Of a DNA stretch of 61,105 nt, positions 30,131 to 41,658 are shown piece after piece; positions within the stretch are counted from its first letter, which is position 1, and every line of letters starts with the position of its first letter. The notes beneath the pieces are model-generated. The model was not told the origin of the DNA and made no database searches. It worked only from the letters and a program-made list of their open reading frames with translations. Origin of the DNA: a virus. Lineage: Duplodnaviria > Caudoviricetes. The position numbers were made by a program, and so were the translations under genes. Location of the stretch: positions 1 through 61,105 of the IMG/VR virus record IMGVR_UViG_3300006162_000242; one strand, written 5' to 3'.

Positions 30131-31375
30131 TCATATCGGGTTGATTGGTTTATGTCCCTTGAAGCAGTCGAAGGGATTGATTTGACCATAATTGGGAGTT
30201 CCTAACCCCGTCCATCCATTATAGGTCATGGTAACAGTCTGCCCAATCCACTTGTCTTTTTCAAGGAGAATTTTTTCCAAAGTGGCACGGTTGCCTTTCA
30301 TTGAAGCAGTGAATTCTTTGCCGTCAACCATGCGAACCCGCACAGTCTTGCCCGTTCCGCCCCAATTGCCAGAGCCGGGGTCAATGACATCGAGAATAAG
30401 CACTTCCATATCTTCGAACGGTTTAAGCTTAATCAAGTCGTTCGTGCGTTCGTGCTGATAAGGTGCATCAGCATTGCGAAGAATGGCACCTTCATATCCA
30501 TCTTCAACGAATTGCCCGTAGAGGGCTTTTGCCTCGCCCATAGTGTTGGCGATGAAGTAGGGAACGGGGACAATATATTTGATGCCCTTCAATAGTTTGG
30601 TGAGAGAATCCCGACGTTTCTTGCAGGGCGTGTTTTCGGTAATCTCCACCCCATCAATGGTAAATCCATAAGCATCATAAACGTAGTATAGGACAATGCG
30701 TTCGCTATCAGCAAGCAATTCGGGGGTAAGTTCCTTGGCGGAAGTCGTGCGAACAATGCTGATTAGCTCGTTTAACGTATGACGATAATCGTGGTTGTAG
30801 AGTTCACCGTCGAGAACCAATTTGGGAAACTGGACAAACAGAGACGCCACGATGTCAGCAATGTGGGGGGCAGAAAGAATTGGTTCACCTTCACGGGAGA
30901 ACGGGCCTGCGAGAGAAGTAACTTGCCGCATCCCGTTGTATTTGCGGTCCACCATAAGGCCGGGAAACTTGACATATTCCGTGCGGTCAACCGTTTTGGT
31001 GTAGGCGGTGCCATCTTTCTTTTTCTTGGTCTGTTTGGAAATCAGAGGATAGGCAAGCATCGGCTTGATGAAACGATACCCCTTGGCAATATCCTTGATG
31101 TCTTCCCAATAGCCGCCCGTTTTCAGCTTATCCTTCCACTTGGACGTTGCCTCGGCCTCAGCTTGCTCTTCGGGGGTCGTTTGGGTCTTCTTGCCAACGT
31201 TCTTGGACTCACAGATGGTCCAAGCACTCGTCACTTTGTTTGGACTTCCCCGTTGACCTGTAATAGTTCGGAACTTATTTCCTTCGACTTCAATGTCCCA
31301 TTCGAGGACGGTCTTGCCGTCACTTGCTTGGGCATACAGAGTTGGCAGTTCAAACTTGAATAAGCTGTTTGTCAT
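30131..31375 (-). CDS. lig: ATP-dependent DNA ligase
   Basis: PMLA, KYNGMR (motif I), FSREG, LDGELY, YVYD, EGAILR, LIKLK. Confidence 0.92.
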   Translation of the reverse strand: MTNSLFKFELPTLYAQASDGKTVLEWDIEVEGNKFRTITGQRGSPNKVTSAWTICESKNVGKKTQTTPEEQAEAEATSKWKDKLKTGGYWEDIKDIAKGYRFIKPMLAYPLISKQTKKKKDGTAYTKTVDRTEYVKFPGLMVDRKYNGMRQVTSLAGPFSREGEPILSAPHIADIVASLFVQFPKLVLDGELYNHDYRHTLNELISIVRTTSAKELTPELLADSERIVLYYVYDAYGFTIDGVEITENTPCKKRRDSLTKLLKGIKYIVPVPYFIANTMGEAKALYGQFVEDGYEGAILRNADAPYQHERTNDLIKLKPFEDMEVLILDVIDPGSGNWGGTGKTVRVRMVDGKEFTASMKGNRATLEKILLEKDKWIGQTVTMTYNGWTGLGTPNYGQINPFDCFKGHKPINPI

Positions 31376-31982
31376 ATGCCGTCAATATATCACAGTCACC
31401 GAGATTGTCAAGCGAGAGTTTGGACCTTGAAATGACGCTTGGCTTCGGTGGGAAGTTCATCGAACAGGGCAAGCATCTTTTCCTTGGTGCGGAATTCTGG
31501 CGGATAGGATTGAAAGACAAACATCCGCAAAACCTGCATCACTTCGTCAGGAGTAGCATTTGGCTGCGGCTCAAAGATTAGAATTCGATTGTCGAGTTTC
31601 ATTTATGGTCTCTTTCAGTTGCTTGTTTTCTTTTTCCAATCTCATCATAGTAAAAAATTGATTATGCTCTGCTGCTGTTGCACATCCATGCAACCATTTT
31701 CTATATGCTTTTGTTCTACGGTCTAATACAGTTCCAACTCTTTTCATGATGTTCTATGATAAGCGGTGGCATCGCAACGGCAGCGAAATGTATCACCTTC
31801 ATGGCTGGCAGAGCCAAGCACAGTCTTTTGATGGACGGGGCACATAAACCATTCATGCCCATTTTTGCAATGTTGTTCTCCCAACGGACAACGGCATCCG
31901 CCTATGGATTTTTCCCCACACGTCGGACATATCCGATGCAGGTTCCAATCGGGCTTGAATTTGGGTTCGGTTTGTTGTAGGT

Positions 31983-32342
31983 TCATAATTCTTTCCCCGT
32001 CATTGGGTCAACACCCTCTTTAAGCCAATGCTTGGTGTATCGGGCAGCACATTCGTTTAGCTTGGCAGTGACATCTTCACCCCGCACTTTGGCCCACAAT
32101 CCAGTGAATATCAATCCACTACAATCGTCACCGTGAGCAAGCTTGAATCGCTTTTGAATATCTTTATTGATTGGTGACTTCTTATCCCACAAGTGCCAAT
32201 CATTTCTCAACTTCATGCCGCCAAAGAAATGAATGGATGAATGGTCTTTCGACTTGATGAACTCGACATCTTTCGCATTCAAATCGGAATAGAGTTTCTC
32301 TATTGCGGCATCCAATGATTGGGGTATATCTTTTGTTTTCAT
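31983..32342 (-). CDS. DUF6794-like protein
   Basis: P.SLD.AI, HFFGGM.LRN.W.LW, H.DD.S. Confidence 0.55.
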   Translation of the reverse strand: MKTKDIPQSLDAAIEKLYSDLNAKDVEFIKSKDHSSIHFFGGMKLRNDWHLWDKKSPINKDIQKRFKLAHGDDCSGLIFTGLWAKVRGEDVTAKLNECAARYTKHWLKEGVDPMTGKEL

Positions 32343-32836
32343 AGAGATTTGATGAAAGTAAGAATTGTTTGAATGTTAATAATCACTCCCGCTATAAAAC
32401 CAACCGCACTTGCCGCACCTGCCGCACCTGTTATAATTACCCACGTTTTCTTATACCATTTTTGGGTTTTTGCGACAAAATTAGTTTCCACCCCAACTTT
32501 AAATGGATTTCCAGATACGGGAAACCATTGCAAATCCGGGTTATTCAACACGTTCATTCTATATTGCATATCCAATCCAAGACAATTTCCATTCTTAATA
32601 GGTTCAAAATTAGGGATAAAATGTTCAATGAATCCATTACCATCATTATTTATATGAATCCGTGATTTTATAAAAGATTCAGATTGACTTGCCCAATCCA
32701 TCGCCTCGTTTACACGTTCCAATCCATATTTTCGCACTACTTTCTTAATAGTCTTCGAAGTTGGGTCTTCACATAATTGTGACAAAATTCTTTTATTTAT
32801 TTCTAATTTAGACATGGTGTTAGGGCTTCCCTTCAA
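32339..32836 (-). CDS. AT-rich hypothetical protein with C-terminal TM helix
   Basis: Hydrophobic C-terminus; own TTGACA promoter near 32855-32882. Confidence 0.5.
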   Translation of the reverse strand: MKGSPNTMSKLEINKRILSQLCEDPTSKTIKKVVRKYGLERVNEAMDWASQSESFIKSRIHINNDGNGFIEHFIPNFEPIKNGNCLGLDMQYRMNVLNNPDLQWFPVSGNPFKVGVETNFVAKTQKWYKKTWVIITGAAGAASAVGFIAGVIINIQTILTFIKSL

Positions 32837-32943
32837 TATTCATTATCGTGCATATAATAGCAGAAATTTATTTCATTGTCAAGAAATATCACACCTTGCC
32901 ACTTTAGTTTTCATTTTGAGCACGTCCATTCATATTTATTAGT

Positions 32944-33606
32944 ATGACCAAAATAATAGGCATCTACAAACTTACATCTCCATCGGGAAAATGTTATATC
33001 GGGCAAAGCACAAATATTCATCAGCGATTTCGGGAACATCGTCGAGATAAAAAATATAAACATGCCAAACTTTATAATGCCATAAACAAATACGGATATG
33101 ATAATTTCAAACGGGAAATCATAGAGACATGTTCCATCGAAGAGTTGGACAAGAGAGAAAAATTTTGGATACAATCATATGATGCAGTTGACAGTGGCTA
33201 TAATTGTGATTACGGAGGTCAACAACATAAAGTATTCAGTAAAGAGCATCGTCAAAAATTACGGGAAGCATTTTTAGGAGTTTATAATGGCGACCAGAAT
33301 ATTGAGTTTACGATAGACGGCGTTTCATATACATCGGTCGGAACTGCAAGTAAACAACTTGGCATTCCACCAAAAACTATTCATAACCGACTTAACTCGA
33401 AAAATGAAAAGTATCGTGGATATTGTTACAAGGATGTATCTCGCATACCACACCGAATTATGCGTAAATATAAATCAAAGCCATTTACAATTGACGGACA
33501 GATTTATGCTACCTTACAAGATGCTTCCGCAACCCTCGGAATACCGCCAGTTACTCTAATGCGGAAACTTCGAAATGGAAAAATGCCAAATGCGTCATAT
33601 ATTTAG
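32944..33606 (+). mobile_element. GIY-YIG homing endonuclease with NUMOD-like repeats
   Basis: GIYKL...CYIGQS, R...H, E.FWI, GYN; two IDG..Y.S/T...AS..LGIP repeats; convergent with thyA. Confidence 0.9.
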
Positions 33607-34892
33607 ACTGCAACGTCACCCTTTATCGCCGGATGAGGGTCATATCCAATCAACTTAATATCATCATACTTAAATGAGAATAAGTCTTTAACATTAGGAT
33701 TTAGCCATAATTTAGGCAATGACTTCGGGGTTCGACTAAGTTGCTCGTTTACTTGTTCTAAGTGATTCACATATAAATGACAATCACCAATAGTATATGT
33801 CAATGTTCCCGGTTCCATTCCAACACAGTGAGCGACCATAGCAATCAATAATGAATAACTCGTGATGTTAAATGGAGCACCCAAGAACATATCATTACTC
33901 CGAATCAGCATCAAAAGATTCAATCTACGCCGAGGAACATTCATATCATCAAAACATTTTTCCGAATGACATTGAGCTATCGGGAATAAATCACCGCCGT
34001 TTTGTTTGTATAAATTCATTCGTTCATCAAATGACAATTCCTCCGTGTTAAACTGCATAAAACAATGGCACGGAGATAATGCACATTTTTCTGCCCAGTA
34101 GGGATGCCAAGCTGATACAATCATTCTACGATCATCAGGATTGGTCTTGAGCTTGTCTATCACCTTTTGGAGTTGGTCCACTCGCTTCAATACAGTTTCG
34201 GTTCCTTTAACGGCACCATATTCTGTTTCTGCCTGTTCGAATGCATATGGAAACCCACGCCACATTCCGCCATAGGTGCCTTCACCGAGTTCTCCCCATT
34301 GCTCGGCGAATTCGGGGTCATTCTTTATACCTTCTACATACATTGGCAAAAGATGTGACATATTCTTTGGACCTGCCCCGAGGCTATCCATCCAACGCTT
34401 ACAACCCCATTCATCCCAAATATGCACGTCGTTGTCCACAAGGTATTTAATATTTGTATCACCACGAATGAACCATAGGAGTTCATGCACAATACCCTTA
34501 AACCAAACCTTCTTGGTGGTAAGAATGGGGAATGCGTCCAAATCAACCTTATACTTCGCCTGTGCCCCAAAGACGCCAATGGTATCAACTCCTGTGCGGT
34601 TCTTTTTGCGGCGTCCTTCTCGAAGGATAAGCGTCAACAAGTCTTTGTAGGTGTCATCGGTATGGTTGCCATTCAGCATTACCACTTCCTCACATGGCAT
34701 ACAGGGATGAATGGGACATCCACAATTCGAACAGAGTTCTTCGGACGGGTCATCTTCGTATGTGCTAGTAACCGACGGACTCATAGCTTTTACAGGTTCC
34801 CACGGCGAGGGGCTTTCAGTGCATCCACACTTGAATGCCCCCATATCCACCATTTCACCGCAACGCTTACATTTCCATTGTTGTTTAGTCAT
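33603..34892 (-). CDS. thyA: Thymidylate synthase with Cys-rich N-terminal extension
   Basis: NRTG, FPILTTK, ELLWF..G.TN, IWDEW, RRMIVSAW, PCH, RSND.FLG.PFN, GDCHLY.NH. Confidence 0.95.
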   Translation of the reverse strand: MTKQQWKCKRCGEMVDMGAFKCGCTESPSPWEPVKAMSPSVTSTYEDDPSEELCSNCGCPIHPCMPCEEVVMLNGNHTDDTYKDLLTLILREGRRKKNRTGVDTIGVFGAQAKYKVDLDAFPILTTKKVWFKGIVHELLWFIRGDTNIKYLVDNDVHIWDEWGCKRWMDSLGAGPKNMSHLLPMYVEGIKNDPEFAEQWGELGEGTYGGMWRGFPYAFEQAETEYGAVKGTETVLKRVDQLQKVIDKLKTNPDDRRMIVSAWHPYWAEKCALSPCHCFMQFNTEELSFDERMNLYKQNGGDLFPIAQCHSEKCFDDMNVPRRRLNLLMLIRSNDMFLGAPFNITSYSLLIAMVAHCVGMEPGTLTYTIGDCHLYVNHLEQVNEQLSRTPKSLPKLWLNPNVKDLFSFKYDDIKLIGYDPHPAIKGDVAV

Positions 34893-35745
34893 TTTTTTGA
34901 GGTTCCTTAGTATGTTTTGGGGTTAAATCTATAACAACCCCACTTTCATTCCAATGATAAGCAAAGCAACGCCAGATAAACGGATTGTCTTCATCTTGCT
35001 TCATTGGCTGAAAACAAATTGGACAATATTGTTGCTCAATCATAATTTATTTAATTCGGCATTGCTAATCCGTGGGTTTCCCGCTTTATCAACACACATT
35101 GTTCGAGATACCCAGTCTTCCACATCGCCCAATTTTCATAATCGGAGATTTCATTATAAGGGTTATCAAACAAAAGCTTACCATCCAAACAATCCTTGCG
35201 TCCTTGGTTTACTTCGGGCGATATACTGGGCGGCGGAACATATTTTGGTAAGTTATTCATAAATCATTTATTCCTGATGTCATCATACCACGGCAATGCC
35301 TTACATTTAGGACAACAAACCAGAGTGTCATTATCAAGTTTAGTAGTTCCAAGGTCTTTGGTAAGTCCTTTCCATCCACAATCACAACACTCCGATACAT
35401 CTGGACGTTCTTCGCCTGTATCACACCAAGGGCATACATCGGTGCCACCCATACTTGCTTCTGTCACAGGATAACCACAAACTCGACACGGAGCATTCTC
35501 ATCATATTCGATACTGATGTTTTCTCCGTCAAGTTTGGTATATGTGGCGGTCTTCATAAATTATTTGAACCACCAAAATATTGGTGTCATTGTTGTTCTT
35601 TCACACCCATTCCAATCCACCAATGCTGTGCGCCAACCTTTCACCGCAATAACTCTTCCGTAAGTTTTATAGAAAGAATGCCAGAGCCATTTCCTATAGA
35701 CCAATGCCCATAGCCATCGAGTAAATGAATTGTTGGGGATGATAT

Positions 35746-36216
35746 TCATACAAAAATGGGACTCGAATATTTCACAATCCAAAAATCTTTTGTTTCCGTG
35801 ATTATCTCTTGATTCTGGAACATATGCTCGAACGGAGGCATATATGCATCTACATTATATTCGTTGAGCACGTGTGTTACAAATACTTCCCTGCACCACG
35901 GCAAAAGCAACGTATATGCTTTAACTCCACCACATAGCCACATATCATCACTCCGCAACCCCAGAAGCATATCAAATGTGACATACTGATAGGAAGAAAA
36001 TGGCGGCAATGATAAAAGGGTATGGTCTTTGGTCAGAACATAAGTAAACCTATTTTTCAATGGTCCAACTGACTTGAAAGTTTCCCGACCCATCACAAGC
36101 TTCTTTGTTTCAAGAGTTTTCTGCTTGAACCATTTGAAATCAGCAGGAAGATGCCACGGGAGATTTCCTCGAAATCCTATTCCTCTATTCAAATCCATTG
36201 CGGCAATTGCTTTCAT
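35746..36216 (-). CDS. folA: Dihydrofolate reductase
   Basis: AAMD.NRGIG..GNLPWHLPADFKWFK, VMGRET, LKNR, LCGG. Confidence 0.92.
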   Translation of the reverse strand: MKAIAAMDLNRGIGFRGNLPWHLPADFKWFKQKTLETKKLVMGRETFKSVGPLKNRFTYVLTKDHTLLSLPPFSSYQYVTFDMLLGLRSDDMWLCGGVKAYTLLLPWCREVFVTHVLNEYNVDAYMPPFEHMFQNQEIITETKDFWIVKYSSPIFV

Positions 36217-37301
36217 ATAATTCCAAGTTTGCGAGATGTCTGAGCACATTCCCAACCCCATTCCCAATGCCGAACCAAATCCCAGTAATCATATGGACAG
36301 TCATGAATTGACTTCCCATTCAAAAACGCATTATACCCCTCGGCATATATTATGTCCATTGTAACGTCAATATTAAGCATAGATTTGAGGGAACTGGTTC
36401 TTCAATGTCTCATATGCCACGGTGTCTTTCCACAAGATAGCATTGGATGCCATCGTGGCGTAGGGTTCGACACATTGAGCGGTGATGAATTCTAAAAACG
36501 CAAGTTGCTTGTTGGATAGCCCGACATCGGTATTGATATGCTTAAGCAAGGCATCCACGATTGTCTTGGCTTCGTATTTGTCCTTGGCTCGTGCGATGAT
36601 TTCCTCAGAGCCTTCTGGCCCCTTCCATATGGCTACTTCCTTACCACTCCAACTTTCTTCGAAGAAGCACCAGTAGTTGTCATTTCCGTATTTTTTGGAC
36701 TTAATCATACCTACATTATCTCACACCAGTCCGAAACAGTCCATTTATTTTAATGGGATAAGTTCGATTCTACAATCCACTCGTAAATATCTCCCACCGC
36801 ACACACATTATGATGCTCATATAGAGCTTTAATATTGTCCCAAGTTACGGTTGCTTTGGCAGATGTGCCATCTTTGAACTTAACAACTATCTCAACGTCA
36901 TGGGGCCGAACTTCTCCTGCCAGCACACCTTTACGGAAGTCATCTGGCTTAACCTCGTGAATTTGAATGTTGTCATCATTCATACGGGAATCAGTTTGTA
37001 ATCGTAATCGTCGAGAATATGAGGCGTTTCCCAGTCACTTGATTCGTTGCACGTTACTACTTGATAGACACCATCCTTACACTCATTCAAGTTAGTTATA
37101 TTTTTAACTACGTCAGCGGCACCGGCCATGCAACAATCTTCATACAATATGTTATATCCCACACACTTGCGTTTTAAGAATCGGAGGGTCTTGTCTATAT
37201 GAACGCCATTTTTATCATGCCAGACAGAAGTAGTCAGTCGAACCACGCACATAGGTCGTGGTTCTTTAAGCGGTCTAATCTCAGTGCCTAAATCGAGAAA
37301 A

Positions 37302-37895
37302 TCATTCATACACACGAGGGAACTTGGCACGCACCAGTTGAATGACATCCCAAGCATCATCCAAAGCTTCGTGAGTTACAAGTTCTGGGAGACCTGCACG
37401 CTTTTTGCATTCTTTCAAATCGGGCGGCACGGTGTCAGTCAATGGGTTGAAATACAACATGCCGGGGTCAATAACTCGATGATGGAACTTAAAGCAGTCT
37501 TTCCACGCCGGGAAAGTATTCATAAACGGAATGTCAAATCCAGCAATGTTCTTTCCCGCAAGAACCGTCTTGGCTGTTCTATCGTCCAAACCATTTTTAT
37601 CCAACCAACTCCCAAAACACGAAGTCATTCCAGTAAATGTTGTTATTTCCGAGCAGGACTCATTGTTTAACCAACGTTTCCGCAAGTCGAGAATTTTTTT
37701 AAAGATATTAACATTCATCGCCAAAGCAAATGGTTCGCCCTTGTAATTTTCTTTCCATACGTAACGATGAAAACTGGGCAACTCTTCCCTCGGAAGAGGA
37801 TTAGCGGTATCTTCAAGGTAGGCACCTACTTCCAGCACGTCGCAGGTTTCGGGGTTAAGGCCAGTGGTTTCAATGTCTAAGCTTATGTATTTCAT
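37302..37895 (-). CDS. DEDDh 3'-5' exonuclease (oligoribonuclease/DnaQ-like)
   Basis: SLDIETTGL, AGKN.AGFD, HR.ID, HEALDDA. Confidence 0.85.
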   Translation of the reverse strand: MKYISLDIETTGLNPETCDVLEVGAYLEDTANPLPREELPSFHRYVWKENYKGEPFALAMNVNIFKKILDLRKRWLNNESCSEITTFTGMTSCFGSWLDKNGLDDRTAKTVLAGKNIAGFDIPFMNTFPAWKDCFKFHHRVIDPGMLYFNPLTDTVPPDLKECKKRAGLPELVTHEALDDAWDVIQLVRAKFPRVYE

Positions 37896-38623
37896 TCGAG
37901 TCCTTTCCAGAGTTCGGGGTCATCGGGGTCCGAATGAAATTTCAAACATTCACCGATGAATAGGTTTCGGTTCCTAAGTTTACTTTTTACAGGTAAAGTC
38001 ACAGTCGCCCACGTAATCAACATATCAATGGGCATACGCCATGCGGTCATAGCATAGAACTCCATCAAGTTATCCAAAAGCGACCACCGACCATTCTTAA
38101 TCAAAAGGTCGGCGATTTCGTAAATATCATCTATTTCTTTGTCAGTCATTTTCGGGTAAAATGTCCCCACATCCAGCCAGCGATTAAAACTCCGACGACG
38201 ACGAATCCAAACTTCAATACACCCATGACTACCCATGCGTGGGCAAGTCCAATGAACAATATCCACAAAATGACGATGAGGGCAATTAGAGCTATAAGGA
38301 TGTTTTTCATATATTTTTCAACGCTTTCTTCAACTTGGCATCAATCATTGCATTCACCACATTTTGTTCAAGACGTTCATAGGCTTGACTTACGGTATGA
38401 TTGCAGCCGTCTCGAAACTCTTTATGACAAATGGGACACTGACCACCACGAGCAGTCCATTCATTCAACCGTTTCCTCGCCCGTTTCAATGCTCCATTCG
38501 TCTTACTCATGGGTCGGGGTGCAAATGTCCGATATGTCAGGATATGCTTTCTGATATGCTTCATCAATCAAATCCTCAAACATAGAGCGGACGACTTCAA
38601 TGAGTTCTTCGTGCGTCATATGC

Positions 38624-39205
38624 TTATGCCGAGAATCGAACAAACTTCTTGACTTCAATCTTCTCACCGACCGTGGCTGAGACATTGGCAATAAGCTGTT
38701 GGATGGTAATGGTATCGTCTCGGATGAACTTTTGACGAAGCAGGCATATTTCGTCCAACATTTTGGCCAATTTACCCGTCACAATCTTCTCGACAATGGC
38801 ATCGGGTTTATTGGACAATCCTTTTTTGCAATCAGAAATGAAAATTGATTTCACCGTGCCGGGGACAGCTTCTTCCGAAACATACTCACAAGTCGCATTC
38901 GACACGATATGCATACAAATATCCTTCGCCAGCTTCAAGAACATTTCGTTCCTTGCCACGAAGTCAGTCTGACACGCCAAGACAATCATTGCCCCAACTT
39001 TATTGTTGTGGACATAGGAATAGATAATGTTGTTGTCAGCTTTCCGATTCGCCATATCTGCGGCATCAGCGACCTTGTTTTTGATAAGCAACTGCACTGC
39101 CGCATTCACATCGCCATTGGTTTGACGCAGAGCATCAGCAATATCTTTCATCGGTGCCATCGTAAGCTGTCGAACAATCCTGCACTGTTCAATATAGTTT
39201 TCCAT
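38624..39205 (-). CDS. tsf: Translation elongation factor Ts (short form)
   Basis: UBA-like N-terminus, SYVH...GAMI.L.CQTDFVARN, KP.AIVEKIV.GKL, CLL.Q.FI.D, GEKIEV..FVRF. Confidence 0.9.
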   Translation of the reverse strand: MENYIEQCRIVRQLTMAPMKDIADALRQTNGDVNAAVQLLIKNKVADAADMANRKADNNIIYSYVHNNKVGAMIVLACQTDFVARNEMFLKLAKDICMHIVSNATCEYVSEEAVPGTVKSIFISDCKKGLSNKPDAIVEKIVTGKLAKMLDEICLLRQKFIRDDTITIQQLIANVSATVGEKIEVKKFVRFSA

Positions 39206-39695
39206 AAATCATTTCAATAGGCTGGCAACCAACTCTTCTTTGGTCGGGAACAATTCTTTTTCCTTCATGAAGATGAATGTTCCATTGAAAATTTCATACT
39301 CCGTCTCAATAACCTCGGTTACAATTGGGTCTGGGTAATCATTATCGCAGAATGATTTCGGCGGATATTCCTCGTGAAGAGATTTGGTTTGTTGAATGCG
39401 TTTCACATGAGACTCATATGGTCTATTGTTGTGCATAAACCATACGGTTTGTTTAAGTTTGTATTTCGAATCCATAAATTAGTTAATGCTTTGCTGCGAT
39501 GCGTGGAATAGGTTTGGCAAAATAAAGACGACGAATGCCAATGCTATAACGACAGCCACACCAATAGCTGCCCCGATTAGGATTAATTTTGTTTTATTCA
39601 TATTTCAGTGACGTAATGGTAATGTGGAAACATAAACCCACCATGCTATCTCAGCCGTTACAAATAGCACAAGACAGATGGTTATGAACCTTGCG

Positions 39696-40520
39696 TTACT
39701 CATACTTCGGAATCATGTCCAGAAGTTTATCTTTATTCTCAGTAAACTTCCAAGCACCCTTGGATACCCAACGAGTTCGTGTGACAGTCGAAGGTTCCTG
39801 ACCCGAGCAGTTGCGACCACCGGGGACAGAAGGAGATTGATATTCTTCTTTGACAATAATCCTTCCATTCTTCTCCCCATCGGAGAAGTCCGTCGCCCAA
39901 TTGATACCTTTGGCGTGAAGCATATCGTGAATCGCATGGGTTGAAACTCCTTGGAGTTCTTTGTGGGAAAAGTTCTGCTGTGCCACCATTGATACCGAGT
40001 TGCGGGCACAGTCTTGGTTACGCCAGATGAAATAGTTCATGACTTCCGTGCGGTCAGGAATGGTGAAGACACGAGCATCAAAGTATGCATTCCGAAATCG
40101 GTCTGCGAATTCTCTTGCTTCGCCAGTAGTGGCAAGGCTCTTCAATTCCTCTCGGACTCTGTTCATTCTGAGAAGATTAAACTCCGCAGTGATGATTGAA
40201 GCCGACACGGAAGTAATCTTCTGCAAGTTGCCATCAAACCACGCCGATGTGTTAGGCAAGGCAAAGTCCGTCAAAAGGATAGAAATCTCGTCCGATTGGG
40301 TATAGGCGAACACCGCCCCCTGAATCTCAGGAAGCATGGCAATGATGGCATTGTCCATATCCTCATACAAATCCTTGTCGAAAGGCTTCTTCAACCCACG
40401 AGTGTAGGTATGGAATGCCTTACCATCCAAGCGGATGATGGTATAAGTGCGGCGAGGCAGTGAGAACCGTGTGCGGTCCTCATACTGCGACTTCATTCTG
40501 TCTCCGAGTTCATCTTTCAT
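39696..40520 (-). CDS. thg1: tRNA(His) guanylyltransferase Thg1-like 3'-5' polymerase
   Basis: LGDRMK..YE, IRLDGKAFH, YTQSDEIS, FDG..QK, FDAR, YFIWR.QD..RNS. Confidence 0.93.
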   Translation of the reverse strand: MKDELGDRMKSQYEDRTRFSLPRRTYTIIRLDGKAFHTYTRGLKKPFDKDLYEDMDNAIIAMLPEIQGAVFAYTQSDEISILLTDFALPNTSAWFDGNLQKITSVSASIITAEFNLLRMNRVREELKSLATTGEAREFADRFRNAYFDARVFTIPDRTEVMNYFIWRNQDCARNSVSMVAQQNFSHKELQGVSTHAIHDMLHAKGINWATDFSDGEKNGRIIVKEEYQSPSVPGGRNCSGQEPSTVTRTRWVSKGAWKFTENKDKLLDMIPKYE

Positions 40521-41658
40521 AAATTAATGAGAATGCGTAATTACATAACCAATTCCAAGCAAACCGCTTGCAATCAGAGCAGCACCTAGTCCTTCATCAT
40601 TGTTCCGAACAATGGAATAAGTTCCACATACCACCCAAATCACAACGGCCAAGAAAAGCCACGGGTTATTCATTAATGCATTCATAATTTTTAGGGAAAC
40701 ATTGACATTATCATCCATTGTTGTAATCGCCTGACACTTTCAGGTGGATTTTCCTCAACCCGTTTTACACATGGATGGCATATAAACCAATCATCGTTGG
40801 GGTCGTAGTTATAGTCCAATGGACTCCAATCAAGTGGACCTCGACACGCACGACAAGTGAATTCTTTTTTAGTGTCCATTCACAATGATGCTGCTGATGA
40901 ACCAGAAGAAAGCCACAATCAAAACAATAGGCACCAATAGCCAAGCACCGTGAGTTTCAATGTCTTTTTTGGTTGCTGCCCACAGATAAGCAGGTTTTAG
41001 TTCTTCACGGCATCCACCACCGTTTGCCGCAACTTCTTTTTTAAGGTTTTCAATAAGTTTTCCCATAAATCAATGTAAAATCGCATACAGAACACCGACC
41101 ACCAAAGCAATGAGAGGAATAGCCGGAATCAATCCCGACCAGCCGAGTGCAATCTGGGCATCTTCCATTGCATTCCACTCGGCTTTGATGTCAGCCAAAA
41201 TATCAGTCTTGCCATTCAACTGAATAACACGTTCGTTGGGATGTTGGTTCGAAAACCAAGCCCGATATTTAGCATTTTCTTGTTTCCATGCTTCGGTATG
41301 ACCTACGGAATCGGCATCGAATATTTCTGGATTATTCATAATGGGTTGTATTGTATCACAGATGGGAGTGGTTGTAAAGATTAATTTGGAGTCACCACAC
41401 ACAAAATTCAAACGCATGTATATTTTCTCCAGAATTCCAAATCTTCAATGAAGAAAGCATGATAGCCACAATGTTCCGTCCATACCAATAGCATATTATG
41501 CCCTTGAATTTTTTGTTTGCGGCAAGTGGCGTATTGAAAGATAAAATGAGAATGGTCGCCGTGGAGAACTTCCACAGTATAGTTGAACATATTGCATCGT
41601 AGCTTCGGACGACGTGCATCCAACAACTCACGGGCAGCTTTCATTGCAAGCGGAATAC

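Noticed and set aside
33603-34892. ThyA as a dCMP hydroxymethylase for modified DNA, or an intron-split td gene
   Set aside because: The dUMP-specifying Asn (GAPFN) is present, DHFR is nearby and the ORF is continuous. The GIY-YIG gene is free-standing on the opposite strand.
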